This document shows positions 16,663 through 25,391 of a DNA stretch of 32,000 bases, one piece after another. The notes beneath the pieces were generated by a model. The model was not told where the DNA came from and searched no databases. It was given only the letters and a program-made list of their open reading frames with translations. The translations under genes were made by a program, and so were the position numbers. Within the stretch, counting starts at the first letter, position 1. Each line of letters starts with the position of its first letter. The stretch lies in assembly GCF_051201565.1 (NCBI RefSeq), contig NZ_CP179200.1, forward strand, positions 720,001 to 752,000, read 5' to 3'. The stretch is from Pseudothioglobus sp. nBUS_23. GTDB lineage: Bacteria; Pseudomonadota; Gammaproteobacteria; PS1; Pseudothioglobaceae.

Positions 16663-17645
16663 GTAATCAGGAAATTCTTGAAGTCAAAAACTTAAAGGTT
16701 AACTTTGATGTTAGGTCAGAGGGGGATATGCCATGGACAAAGGCAAAGAAGCTCAAAGCAGTGAACGATGTATCTTTCTCCTTAAAGGCTGGAGAAACGC
16801 TTGGAGTGGTTGGAGAGTCTGGGTGTGGAAAGTCGACTCTTGCAAGAGCGATTGTCAAAATGGTGCCCGCAGAATCTGGAGAGGTTGTTTGGCTTGGCAA
16901 TGACTTGCTTGGGATGAGTAGCGCTGAAATAAGGCCATATCGCAAACAAATTCAAATGATTTTTCAGGACCCTTTAGCAAGCCTCAATCCAAGAATGAAC
17001 ATTGGAGAAATCATAGCAGAACCTCTGAGGACGCATTACCCAAAAACACCAGAGTCGGATGTCCAAGCTAGAGTGAGTGATGTAATGAATAAAGTTGGAC
17101 TCCTAGATAATTTAATGAATCGCTATCCGCATGAGTTCTCTGGAGGCCAGTGCCAGAGAATTGGTATTGCTCGCGCTCTAATTTTGAAACCTAAACTTAT
17201 TATATGTGATGAGCCTGTCTCAGCACTAGATGTGTCCATCCAGGCTCAGGTCGTTAATCTGTTGATGGATTTGCAGGAAGAGATGGACTTGGCTTTAATA
17301 TTCATCGCTCATGATCTAAGCGTTGTGAAACACATCAGCACTAAAATCATGGTTCTTTATCTGGGCAATATGGTTGAGCTAGCGAATAGTGAAGACATTT
17401 ATAAAGCACCAAGCCACCCTTACACTCAAGCGCTCATTTCTGCCGTTCCGATTCCAGACCCAAGTGTTGAAAAAAATAAAGATTTAATCTTGATTGAGGG
17501 TGAATTACCATCACCAATTAACCCACCTTCAGGCTGCGTATTTAGAACCAGGTGTCATAAAGCTCAGGAGGTCTGTGCAAATGAAAAGCCTGAGTTTAAG
17601 GGCTTATCGAAAGACCATAGTGTTGCTTGCCACTTCCATGATTAA
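16659..17645 (+). CDS. oppF: Peptide ABC transporter ATP-binding protein OppF
   Basis: 328 aa with Walker A GESGCGKST, signature FSGGQCQR, Walker B LIICDEPVSALD, and HPYTQAL plus CVFRTRC. It overlaps oppD through ATGA. Confidence 0.92.
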   Translation: MSNQEILEVKNLKVNFDVRSEGDMPWTKAKKLKAVNDVSFSLKAGETLGVVGESGCGKSTLARAIVKMVPAESGEVVWLGNDLLGMSSAEIRPYRKQIQMIFQDPLASLNPRMNIGEIIAEPLRTHYPKTPESDVQARVSDVMNKVGLLDNLMNRYPHEFSGGQCQRIGIARALILKPKLIICDEPVSALDVSIQAQVVNLLMDLQEEMDLALIFIAHDLSVVKHISTKIMVLYLGNMVELANSEDIYKAPSHPYTQALISAVPIPDPSVEKNKDLILIEGELPSPINPPSGCVFRTRCHKAQEVCANEKPEFKGLSKDHSVACHFHD

Positions 17646-17769
17646 ATACCTAAAAAAACGCATTAAAAATAAATGGCTTTTAATTGTAGTACCTTTTTTA
17701 TTTTTTCTAATCAAGGGGTTGATATGGCTAGCTATTTTCTATGGTCTGTGGGATTTAATTAAAAGTTAA
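17638..17769 (+). CDS. Hypothetical 43-aa small membrane protein (speculative)
   Basis: The ATG at 17638 overlaps the oppF stop (cc-ATG-AT-TAA). The translation is MIKYLKKRIKNKWLLIVVPFLFFLIKGLIWLAIFYGLWDLIKS: a basic N-terminus followed by a ~30-aa hydrophobic stretch. There is no SD. It is the 3' tail of the track ORF 17494..17769. Confidence 0.25.
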   Translation: MIKYLKKRIKNKWLLIVVPFLFFLIKGLIWLAIFYGLWDLIKS

Positions 17770-17779
17770 TAACATTAAT

Positions 17780-18346
17780 TTATTTTTTAACCTTTGAAAG
17801 AATCTCCTTCATACCTTTTTTGTTTTCAAAAATCTCCTCTTCAGTGAGTCCATCCATTTCGTGAGGAAACACTAACCAATCATCAGTCTCATGAACAAAA
17901 TAATCTGGTTCAACTTCAATGATATTTCTTTCAGGCTTGTACCAGGGCATTGCCATTCTAATATCATGAGGAATATTCTTTCTAGACTTTTCTTTTAGTG
18001 TGTCAAGAATTGCTTTAATACTTCTTCCAGAATCAAAAACATCATCAACTATCAGTAATTTATCTTCAGCATTCATGTGGCTGATAAGATAGTCTATGCC
18101 ATGAACTCTAACCTCTTTGGATTGCTGATTAATGCCGTAATATGATGAGGTGCGAATAGCGATATGATCAGAGTCATTTCCAAGGTATGCAAGTATTTCC
18201 TGAATGGCTATTCCAACAGGTGTTCCCCCCCTCCAAACACCAACAATAAAGTCAGGTTTGAAGCCACTATTGTGAATTTGAACTCCTAATTTATACGAGT
18301 CATGAAGAAGTTCATCAGCGGTGATATATTTTTTTGCAATTGACAT
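17780..18346 (-). CDS. Purine phosphoribosyltransferase, Gpt/XGPRT-like (type I PRT)
   Basis: 188 aa with the PRPP-binding motif LLIVDDVFDSGRS. The N-terminal YITADELLHDSYKLGVQI...VGVWRGGTPVG parallels E. coli Gpt (YIVTWDMLQIHARKLA...AVSRGGLVPG) as I remember it. WLVFPHE resembles the Gpt C-terminal W..QPW, and an extra ~25-aa acidic/basic tail follows. Confidence 0.8.
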   Translation of the reverse strand: MSIAKKYITADELLHDSYKLGVQIHNSGFKPDFIVGVWRGGTPVGIAIQEILAYLGNDSDHIAIRTSSYYGINQQSKEVRVHGIDYLISHMNAEDKLLIVDDVFDSGRSIKAILDTLKEKSRKNIPHDIRMAMPWYKPERNIIEVEPDYFVHETDDWLVFPHEMDGLTEEEIFENKKGMKEILSKVKK

Positions 18347-18387
18347 AGAAGGGTTCCGAAATTTAATACTTAAATTTTAAAGGGTTT

Positions 18388-19386
18388 TTAGCTTTTAAAT
18401 TTCTGAATTTCTTCTAACAACCTAGATTTAATTTCAGAGTCAGCAAACGAGGCCTCCATAGCCATGAGCGAAATCTGCTTTAGCTTTTCAATATCTAAGT
18501 TAAAGTGTTTAGCACTGTCATAATATTCTTGGCCAACAGTAGTATTAAAAAATGGAGGGTCGTCAGAATTAAGGCTAATACTTATACCCTTTTCCATTAT
18601 TGATGGAAGAGGGTGGGTGTCCCAATCAGAAAAAATGGATAGCGATAAATTGCTTCCTGGACAAATCTCTAGATGGATATTTTGTTCAACAAGCTTATTC
18701 ATTAGTTTTTCGTCTTTAATGCAATTCACACCATGACCAATCCTACTTACAGGCAGGTAATTGATTGCATCCCAAACGCTTTCAGGTCCACAGATCTCTC
18801 CAGCGTGAACTGTACAGGAGTAACCTGCCTTTTCAGCAATCTTATAGACTTCCGCAAACTCCTCTAATGTATATGCGTTTTCATCGCCTCCCATTCCAAA
18901 GCCGACAACATAGGGGTGAGGGTTTTGAACCATGGTTTGAACAACATTGAAGCCTTGTTTAGGTCCTAAGTGCCTGACGCAGGTAACGATAATGCGACCA
19001 ATGATTCCAAAATCACGTTCGGCATCATTTATTCCGTTGGTAATGCCTGAAATCATATCATCGTAACTGATACCGCATTCTGCAGCATGGTCTGGAGAGA
19101 TAAAGGTTTCTGCATAAATTACGTTGTCTTTTGCACAGTCTTTCAAGTATTCATAGGTAATGTCCGCATAATCTTTGCCCGATCTTAAGCAAGAGCTAAC
19201 GTTATCATAGGCCGTCAAAAAACTAGGGAAATCACTCCATGCGTAACTACCATTAGCAAGAAAAAGATTTTTATCTAAGGAGACAGCGTTACGTTTTGCA
19301 ATCGCCTGGGCAAGCGAAGGCTTGATGGTGCCTTCAAGGTGACTATGAAGCTCTACTTTTGGAACTCTATAGACTTGGTCTTGCAT
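18388..19386 (-). CDS. add: Adenosine deaminase (metal-dependent amidohydrolase family)
   Basis: 332 aa with PKVELHSHLEG (the HxH metal site), TVHAGE, IGHG and SLNSDDPPFF (the catalytic Asp-Asp block). Its start abuts the deoB stop (TAAATG). Confidence 0.88.
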   Translation of the reverse strand: MQDQVYRVPKVELHSHLEGTIKPSLAQAIAKRNAVSLDKNLFLANGSYAWSDFPSFLTAYDNVSSCLRSGKDYADITYEYLKDCAKDNVIYAETFISPDHAAECGISYDDMISGITNGINDAERDFGIIGRIIVTCVRHLGPKQGFNVVQTMVQNPHPYVVGFGMGGDENAYTLEEFAEVYKIAEKAGYSCTVHAGEICGPESVWDAINYLPVSRIGHGVNCIKDEKLMNKLVEQNIHLEICPGSNLSLSIFSDWDTHPLPSIMEKGISISLNSDDPPFFNTTVGQEYYDSAKHFNLDIEKLKQISLMAMEASFADSEIKSRLLEEIQKFKS

Positions 19387-20601
19387 TTAATTTAGCTCGC
19401 ACGCCTTGCCATTGGCAAGGGGCTTTATCTTGAGGTGCTGAGCAATAGTTTGTCCCATATCAGCAAAAGTCTCTCTTTTGCCTAGATTTTGGGCTTTAAT
19501 GGACTTTCCATAAAAGACTACAGGAACGTGCTCACGAGTATGATCACTCCCAGGCCAAGTTGGATCGCAACCATGATCAGCTGTAATGAGGACAAGATCA
19601 TCATCAATGAGCTTGGATTCGATTTCTGGAATACGCTTATCAAATTTTTCAAGCGCTAATGCGTAGCCAGGGACATCCCTTCGATGACCATAATGTGTAT
19701 CAAAATCAACAAGGTTTACAAAAATTAAGCCATCCTTAACTTTATCCATTTCATTAATCAGTTGGTCAACTAAACCCATATTGTTAGAAGCTTTAACGGT
19801 ATAAGAAACGCCTTGATTCGAAAAAATATCACCTATTTTGCCGACTGAAATAACTTGTCCATTGGCCTCCTGAATTTGATCTAGCAGAGTGAAGTCATTT
19901 GGAGGGGTTGTTAAATCCTTGCGGTTGGAGGTTCTTTTAAAGCCATCTTTAGAGTTACCTACAAAAGGTCTTGCGATAACTCTTGTAATATTTAATGGGT
20001 CGACTAGTCTTTTGGCAACTTTACAGAGCTCGTAAAGTCTCTCCAGGCCGAAGTGCTCTTCATGAGCAGCAATTTGAAAGACAGAGTCTGCTGATGTATA
20101 ACAAATTGGAAATCCAGATTGGATATGCTCATCTCCAAATTCTTCAATGACTTGGGTTCCTGATGCGTGTTTATTTGCAAGCGTTCCAGGAATATTTCCT
20201 TGCTTCAATAGCTCATCAATCAGACTCCTTGGAAAGCAGTTATCAATTTTTGGAAAGGTCCCCCATTCAAATGGGACTGGTAGACCACAGATTTCCCAGT
20301 GCCCACTGGGAGTGTCTTTTCCAGCACTGATTTCTTTGGCGAAGCCGAACGCTCCTTCAGGCTTAACTCTCTGAATTGGAAGAGAATTCCCTCGGCTTTC
20401 AATAGCAGCCTCACCAAGCCCCCACCTTAATAGGTTTGGTATTTTGAGGGGCCCACTTCGATCTGAATTATTGGCTTTACCTGAGTCACACGCTTCAATA
20501 ATATGTCCAAACGTATCTGATCCTTGATCCCCATAGAGATGGGCATCTTCACTTGAACCCAGGCCAAGAGAATCTAGAACTAAAATGATTGCCCTTTTCA
20601 T
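19387..20601 (-). CDS. deoB: Phosphopentomutase
   Basis: 404 aa with N-terminal ILVLDSLGLG, then DTPSGHWE, NLVDFDTHYGHRRD and TADHGCDPT, all alkaline-phosphatase-superfamily DeoB motifs. It overlaps the deoA stop by 1 nt (TGATG). Confidence 0.93.
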   Translation of the reverse strand: MKRAIILVLDSLGLGSSEDAHLYGDQGSDTFGHIIEACDSGKANNSDRSGPLKIPNLLRWGLGEAAIESRGNSLPIQRVKPEGAFGFAKEISAGKDTPSGHWEICGLPVPFEWGTFPKIDNCFPRSLIDELLKQGNIPGTLANKHASGTQVIEEFGDEHIQSGFPICYTSADSVFQIAAHEEHFGLERLYELCKVAKRLVDPLNITRVIARPFVGNSKDGFKRTSNRKDLTTPPNDFTLLDQIQEANGQVISVGKIGDIFSNQGVSYTVKASNNMGLVDQLINEMDKVKDGLIFVNLVDFDTHYGHRRDVPGYALALEKFDKRIPEIESKLIDDDLVLITADHGCDPTWPGSDHTREHVPVVFYGKSIKAQNLGKRETFADMGQTIAQHLKIKPLANGKACELN

Positions 20602-21950
20602 CAGTTTAGGCCTTTATTTGAGGTGAGAACTTCTTTGATTAAATTTGTATTACTAGGCTTTTTTTGATTGAAATGAATGAGTTTAGGAAGCTGAGATTGC
20701 AGAAAATCGAGTTGCATTTGATCACGACAATGCGCCATTGCAAGTGACTCTCCTTTATCTAACCATTGACCCTTGCTGACTATCTCACTGAGACCAACAC
20801 CATGATCAATAGGATCACTAGATTTTGTTCTACCCGCCTTTAAATGAATCATGCTAAGTCCGATTGCTCTAGCATCGACCTCAGAGACGTATCCAGATGA
20901 ATTTGACTGAATAGATGCAACCAAAGGCATTGGTTTTAAGTGTTTTTCCGGAACTTCAATCAAATCAACTGGGCCTCCAAGCTCAGTGATCATTTTTCCA
21001 AATATTGATGCGGCTTTTCCAGACTCAAGTGCGAGTTTGGATTTATTTCTAGCGCTATCTAAATCTGACTCCAGGCCGCTCAGCTGAAGCATGTAGGCGG
21101 ATAATTCAAGAGTCAGCTCTAAAAGTCTTTGATCAGCATTGTGAGGATCTTTCAAGAAGTCAATGCACTCCATCACTTCGATTGCATTACCAACACTGTG
21201 CCCTAGAACCTGGTCCATGTCGGTAATTAAACAGCTTGTTGGGACTCCAGAATTACTCGAAACATTGGCAATACTTTGTGCCAACTCTTGAGCCATTTTG
21301 TAATTAGCTGCGAAGGCGCCATTACCTGTTTTAATATCCATGACAAGAGCATCAAGGCCTGATGCTAGCTTCTTAGATAAAATCGAAGCAGTAATTAAAT
21401 CAATTGACTCTACGGTAGCAGTAACATCTCGTGTTGCATAGAAGCGCTGGTCTGCAGGAGCTAGGTTTGCTGTTTGTCCAATAATCGCACATCCCACTTG
21501 CTTAACGAGAGACTGGAATGCTGAATTATTGGGCGTCGCATCATATCCAGGAATGCTCTCAAGTTTATCGAGGGTTCCTCCTGTGTGACCCAGTCCTCGC
21601 CCTGAAATCATCGGTACATAGCCTCCACAAGAGGCCACAATTGGCGCCAACATTAAACTAATTTTATCCCCAACTCCACCAGTTGAATGCTTGTCTACTA
21701 CAGGGCCATTTAGATTGAGCTGATCCCAGTTTAAGGTATCTCCAGAGTTCATCATATGCCTAGTTAAGTTAACCCTTTCATCCATACTCATGCCGCATTT
21801 GAAGATAGCCATAGCAAAGGCACCCAGTTGAGCATCCGTCAAGCTTCCGTCAGTGATGCCTCGAACCATGTATCCAATTTCAGGGTCACTCAACGAAATT
21901 CCGTCACGTTTTTTTCTGATGAGTTCTTGAGGTAAAAATAGCTCACTCAT
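20601..21950 (-). CDS. deoA: Thymidine (pyrimidine-nucleoside) phosphorylase
   Basis: 449 aa with IRKKRDG, the signature VDKHSTGGVGDK, SGRGLGHTGGTLDKLESIPG and a C-terminal alpha/beta domain. Confidence 0.93.
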   Translation of the reverse strand: MSELFLPQELIRKKRDGISLSDPEIGYMVRGITDGSLTDAQLGAFAMAIFKCGMSMDERVNLTRHMMNSGDTLNWDQLNLNGPVVDKHSTGGVGDKISLMLAPIVASCGGYVPMISGRGLGHTGGTLDKLESIPGYDATPNNSAFQSLVKQVGCAIIGQTANLAPADQRFYATRDVTATVESIDLITASILSKKLASGLDALVMDIKTGNGAFAANYKMAQELAQSIANVSSNSGVPTSCLITDMDQVLGHSVGNAIEVMECIDFLKDPHNADQRLLELTLELSAYMLQLSGLESDLDSARNKSKLALESGKAASIFGKMITELGGPVDLIEVPEKHLKPMPLVASIQSNSSGYVSEVDARAIGLSMIHLKAGRTKSSDPIDHGVGLSEIVSKGQWLDKGESLAMAHCRDQMQLDFLQSQLPKLIHFNQKKPSNTNLIKEVLTSNKGLN

Positions 21951-21956
21951 CCTTGA

Positions 21957-24314
21957 CTAGTCTCCATAAGGAGTCCAAATGTTTTTAATTTCTGTAGCAT
22001 TTCTTAGGAATTCCAGACCCTCACCTTGCATTGGGTCAATCCAGTTTCTATCCAAATCCTCATTGACCCATAAACGCTTTAAATCCTTAGCGCTGATAGA
22101 TTCCACTGAGGCAATTACATTTTGGTCAGCCCAGCACCACATTGCGTCAGCATCAGCATGACCTGCAAGCTGTTCAGCGAGATCTTGTTTGTTACCACTA
22201 ACAATATTGATAACGCCAGCTGGAATATCTGAAGTTTCAAAGGTTTGGACAAGCTCTAAAGCAACACTAGCAAATTTTTGGCTGGGAACAAATACAACGC
22301 GATTGCCCATAGCTATTGCTGGAGCAATTAATGAAACTGTTGAAAGGAGTGGCGAATGCTCTGGCGCAATTTGAGCAAGAATGCCTACAGGCTCAGGTAG
22401 AGCCATGGTGACGCCTCTATATGGAGCACTATGAACAGCGCCGTCATATTTGTCAGCCCAGGCGGCATAACTAAATAATCGACTGATACTTTCATCAAAC
22501 TCAGCTTTGGCTTGTTTTTTAGTAGTTCCACAAAGATTAATCAGACGATAGACCCATTCTGACTCTCGTATTGATAAATTCTCAGCAATAAAATAGATTA
22601 TCTGAGCCCTGCCATGACCACTAAGTGATCCCCATGATGATGCCTTTGAGGCAGCACTAATAGCGTTTCTAATATCTTTTCTGTTTCCAGAGCCAACATA
22701 AGCGGCGAGTGAACCATCCGCATTGAAAGTTGCAATGCTATGACCACCATCTGGTCTAACTTGTTTTCCACCAATATAAAACTTGAGAGTGCGATCTATC
22801 GCTTCTTCTTTATATGAAGCTGATGAAGTAGGGAGCTTAGTTGATGTTTGAAGTCCTTCAGGTTTGAGGTACTCATATAAACCCTCTTTGCCGCCTTCTC
22901 TTCCAAAACCAGACTCTTTAATACCACCAAAGCCGCAAGAAGCATCAAATTGATTGTGGCAATTTATCCAGACAACCCCAGCTTTGACTTTTGGCGCTAC
23001 ATCCATAGCGCGATTAATATTTTCACTCCATATGCTTGCAGCGAGTCCATATCGACTATTATTGGCCAACTCAATGGCTTCAGATTGAGTTCTAAAAGTC
23101 ATTGAAACCAGAACTGGTCCAAAAATTTCCTCTTGAACAAGCGGATGACTTGAATCGACCTCAGTGATGAGTGTAGGAGGATAGTAATTCCTTTCTGAGT
23201 CAAGATCACAGGCCTGATAGAGCTCTCCACCATGGATAAGTCCACCATCAACCATTTCGCTAACTCTTTGAAATTGAGTTTTACTAACAAGACTGCCTAT
23301 GTCCGTTGATTTGTCAAGTGATGATCCAAGTCGAAGTGTTTTTATTCTTCTTTTAATCTTTTGGTGAAGCTCATCTGCGACATCAGCTTGCACTAATAAT
23401 CTGGATCCGGCGCAGCAGACCTCACCCTGGTTAAACCAGATTGAGTCAACTAATCCTTCAACAGCAGCATCAAGATCAGCATCTTCAAATACAATAAATG
23501 CGGACTTTCCTCCAAGCTCAAGAGTTAGTTTTTTTCCTTGTCCCGCAGTGCTCTGCCTGATTGATCTTCCAACAGCTGTAGAGCCAGTAAATGCGACTTT
23601 GTTAACGCTATTGTGTGCTGCAAGCTCAGCACCAATTGCGCCATCACCATTAATCATATTAATGACCCCGGGTGGAAGGCCTGCCTCTTCACAGAGTTGA
23701 GCAAAAAACATAGCGGTCAATGGCGTTTGTTCAGCTGCTTTAAAGACAATAGTATTTCCCATGGCAAGTGCTGGTGCAATCTTCCAAGAAAGCATCAAGA
23801 GTGGGAAGTTCCAGGGAACAATTTGTGCCACAACACCAATGGCTTTATAGCTTGAGAACTCTTTTGCTTGTAGCTGTGCCCAGCCTGCATGGTAATAAAA
23901 ATGCCTAATCGCCAGAGGTATATCGATGTCTCTACTTTCCCTAATTGGTTTCCCATTGTCTAGAGACTCAAGGACGGCTATAAGTCTTGAGTGTTTTTGG
24001 ATTAATCGCGCGAGCGCATAAAGAACTTTAGCTCTCTTATGACCTCCAAGATTTTCCCAAGCAGGCTGCGCTTTTCTGGCGGCAGAAACAGCAGAATCTA
24101 ATTGTTTAGAGTTGGCAATTTCAATGTTAGCTAAAAGCTCTCCGTTTGAGGGGTCAAGAGTGGCGATCAAGTCTGATTTATTATTTGAAACAAATCGACC
24201 ATTAATGAGCTGACCAAATCTTCGATTATTTTTTTCTAGCCACACATGGGCCTCTTTGCTGCTTTCAAATGCTTCGCTATATTCGAGACTATCAAAAGAT
24301 TTTAGAATTGTCAT
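21957..24314 (-). CDS. Two-domain aldehyde dehydrogenase (full catalytic ALDH plus truncated C-terminal ALDH-like module; ALDH16-type architecture)
   Basis: 785 aa. Domain 1 (about aa 1-485) has IVPWNFPLLM, FTGSTAVG, general base ELGGKS, nucleophile motif FNQGEVCCAGSR (Cys codon 23415-23417) and EEIFGPV. A Ser/Thr-rich linker LQTSTKLPTSSASYKEE lies at about 22801-22860. Domain 2 (~285 aa) repeats only the NAD-binding half (IAPEHSPLLSTVSLIAPAIAMGNRVVFVPS) and lacks the catalytic Glu/Cys region. Confidence 0.85.
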   Translation of the reverse strand: MTILKSFDSLEYSEAFESSKEAHVWLEKNNRRFGQLINGRFVSNNKSDLIATLDPSNGELLANIEIANSKQLDSAVSAARKAQPAWENLGGHKRAKVLYALARLIQKHSRLIAVLESLDNGKPIRESRDIDIPLAIRHFYYHAGWAQLQAKEFSSYKAIGVVAQIVPWNFPLLMLSWKIAPALAMGNTIVFKAAEQTPLTAMFFAQLCEEAGLPPGVINMINGDGAIGAELAAHNSVNKVAFTGSTAVGRSIRQSTAGQGKKLTLELGGKSAFIVFEDADLDAAVEGLVDSIWFNQGEVCCAGSRLLVQADVADELHQKIKRRIKTLRLGSSLDKSTDIGSLVSKTQFQRVSEMVDGGLIHGGELYQACDLDSERNYYPPTLITEVDSSHPLVQEEIFGPVLVSMTFRTQSEAIELANNSRYGLAASIWSENINRAMDVAPKVKAGVVWINCHNQFDASCGFGGIKESGFGREGGKEGLYEYLKPEGLQTSTKLPTSSASYKEEAIDRTLKFYIGGKQVRPDGGHSIATFNADGSLAAYVGSGNRKDIRNAISAASKASSWGSLSGHGRAQIIYFIAENLSIRESEWVYRLINLCGTTKKQAKAEFDESISRLFSYAAWADKYDGAVHSAPYRGVTMALPEPVGILAQIAPEHSPLLSTVSLIAPAIAMGNRVVFVPSQKFASVALELVQTFETSDIPAGVINIVSGNKQDLAEQLAGHADADAMWCWADQNVIASVESISAKDLKRLWVNEDLDRNWIDPMQGEGLEFLRNATEIKNIWTPYGD

Positions 24315-24323
24315 AATTAAATC

Positions 24324-25370
24324 CTATGCTAATGGGTGACGATATGATGATGAGTAGAAGCCAGTTGAGTAGTGATCTAATTGACGCTCAATATCACCAA
24401 GAAGACTCGATGCACCAAATCTAAACAAATCAGGCTCTAACCATCGACGACCCAACTCTTCTCTAATCATAGTCATATATAAAAGTGCTGTCTTAGTATC
24501 ACTGATGCCACCTGCAGCCTTAAAACCAACTGAAATACCAGTTTTAATATAATAATCTCTAATCATTCTAACCATGACAAGACTTACAGGAAGGGTGGCG
24601 TTGACTGACTCTTTGCCAGTCGATGTCTTAATAAAATCAGCACCAGCCATCATACAAATTTGGGAAGCTTTTGCAATATTTGTAAGGTTCCCTAATTCTC
24701 CAGTCGCCAAGATAGTTTTCATGTGGGCATCGCCACATTGTTCACGAAACATCTTGACTTCTTCATAAAGCGCCTTCCAATTACCCTCTAAAACATGCCT
24801 TCTACTGATCACTATATCGATTTCATTAGCTCCTTCATTGACAGAATATTCTATTTCTTGAAGTCTCAGTGGAAGCGGGGAGAGTCCAGCAGGGAAGCCT
24901 GTAGATACAGCAGCAAGATTTATTGAGGAGCCTTTGATGGCTTGTTTAGCAGCAACTAGCATGTCATGATAAACACATACAGCAGCAACACTTAGATTTA
25001 AAGATTCAATGCCCAATTCTTTCTCAAGATTAATACTGATAGGTTGCCTTGCCTTGCTGCAAAGTCTTCTTACTCGTGCGACTGTATCGTCACCAGATAA
25101 AGTGGTTAAGTCCATTAAAGTAATAGCTTTTAATAACCATGCAGCTTGATTCTCTTTTTTGATGCTTCGTCTAGGGCCATAATTTGCACATCTTCTCTCA
25201 ACAGCGCTTCGGTTTACAGATATGCTCGAAATCAGATCAAGACTAAAGTCTATCCCAGGATTTCTTAAATCACTATGAGTGGTTTCTATCTCATCAGATT
25301 CAACAAGATTAAGAATTTTCTTGTCTTCTTGTAATGCTTCGTTTTTTGTTGAATTTTTATTTGTATTCAT
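24324..25370 (-). CDS. deoC: Deoxyribose-phosphate aldolase, long (animal DERA-like) form
   Basis: The Schiff-base Lys block ADFIKTSTGKESVNAT is present, along with KTILATGELG, AAWLLKAITLMDLTTLSGDDT and LFRFGASSLLGDIERQ. The start is given at the first ATG (25370, 348 aa). The track ORF begins at an in-frame TTG at 25385 (353 aa), 6 nt after the punA stop. Confidence 0.9.
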   Translation of the reverse strand: MNTNKNSTKNEALQEDKKILNLVESDEIETTHSDLRNPGIDFSLDLISSISVNRSAVERRCANYGPRRSIKKENQAAWLLKAITLMDLTTLSGDDTVARVRRLCSKARQPISINLEKELGIESLNLSVAAVCVYHDMLVAAKQAIKGSSINLAAVSTGFPAGLSPLPLRLQEIEYSVNEGANEIDIVISRRHVLEGNWKALYEEVKMFREQCGDAHMKTILATGELGNLTNIAKASQICMMAGADFIKTSTGKESVNATLPVSLVMVRMIRDYYIKTGISVGFKAAGGISDTKTALLYMTMIREELGRRWLEPDLFRFGASSLLGDIERQLDHYSTGFYSSSYRHPLA

Positions 25371-25391
25371 AATATTTCTAACCAATTGATC

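Noticed and set aside
17494-17637. 5' part of the 91-aa track ORF 17494..17769
   Set aside because: It overlaps the conserved C-terminal domain of oppF in a different frame. Only the part downstream of the oppF stop (17638..17769) is even a candidate.
18359-18377. AAATTTAA-TAC-TTAAATTT hairpin between add and the PRT gene, as a terminator
   Set aside because: It is an A/T-only 8-bp stem with a 3-nt loop and no flanking U-tract on the minus strand. It is too unstable to call and may simply be AT-rich spacer.
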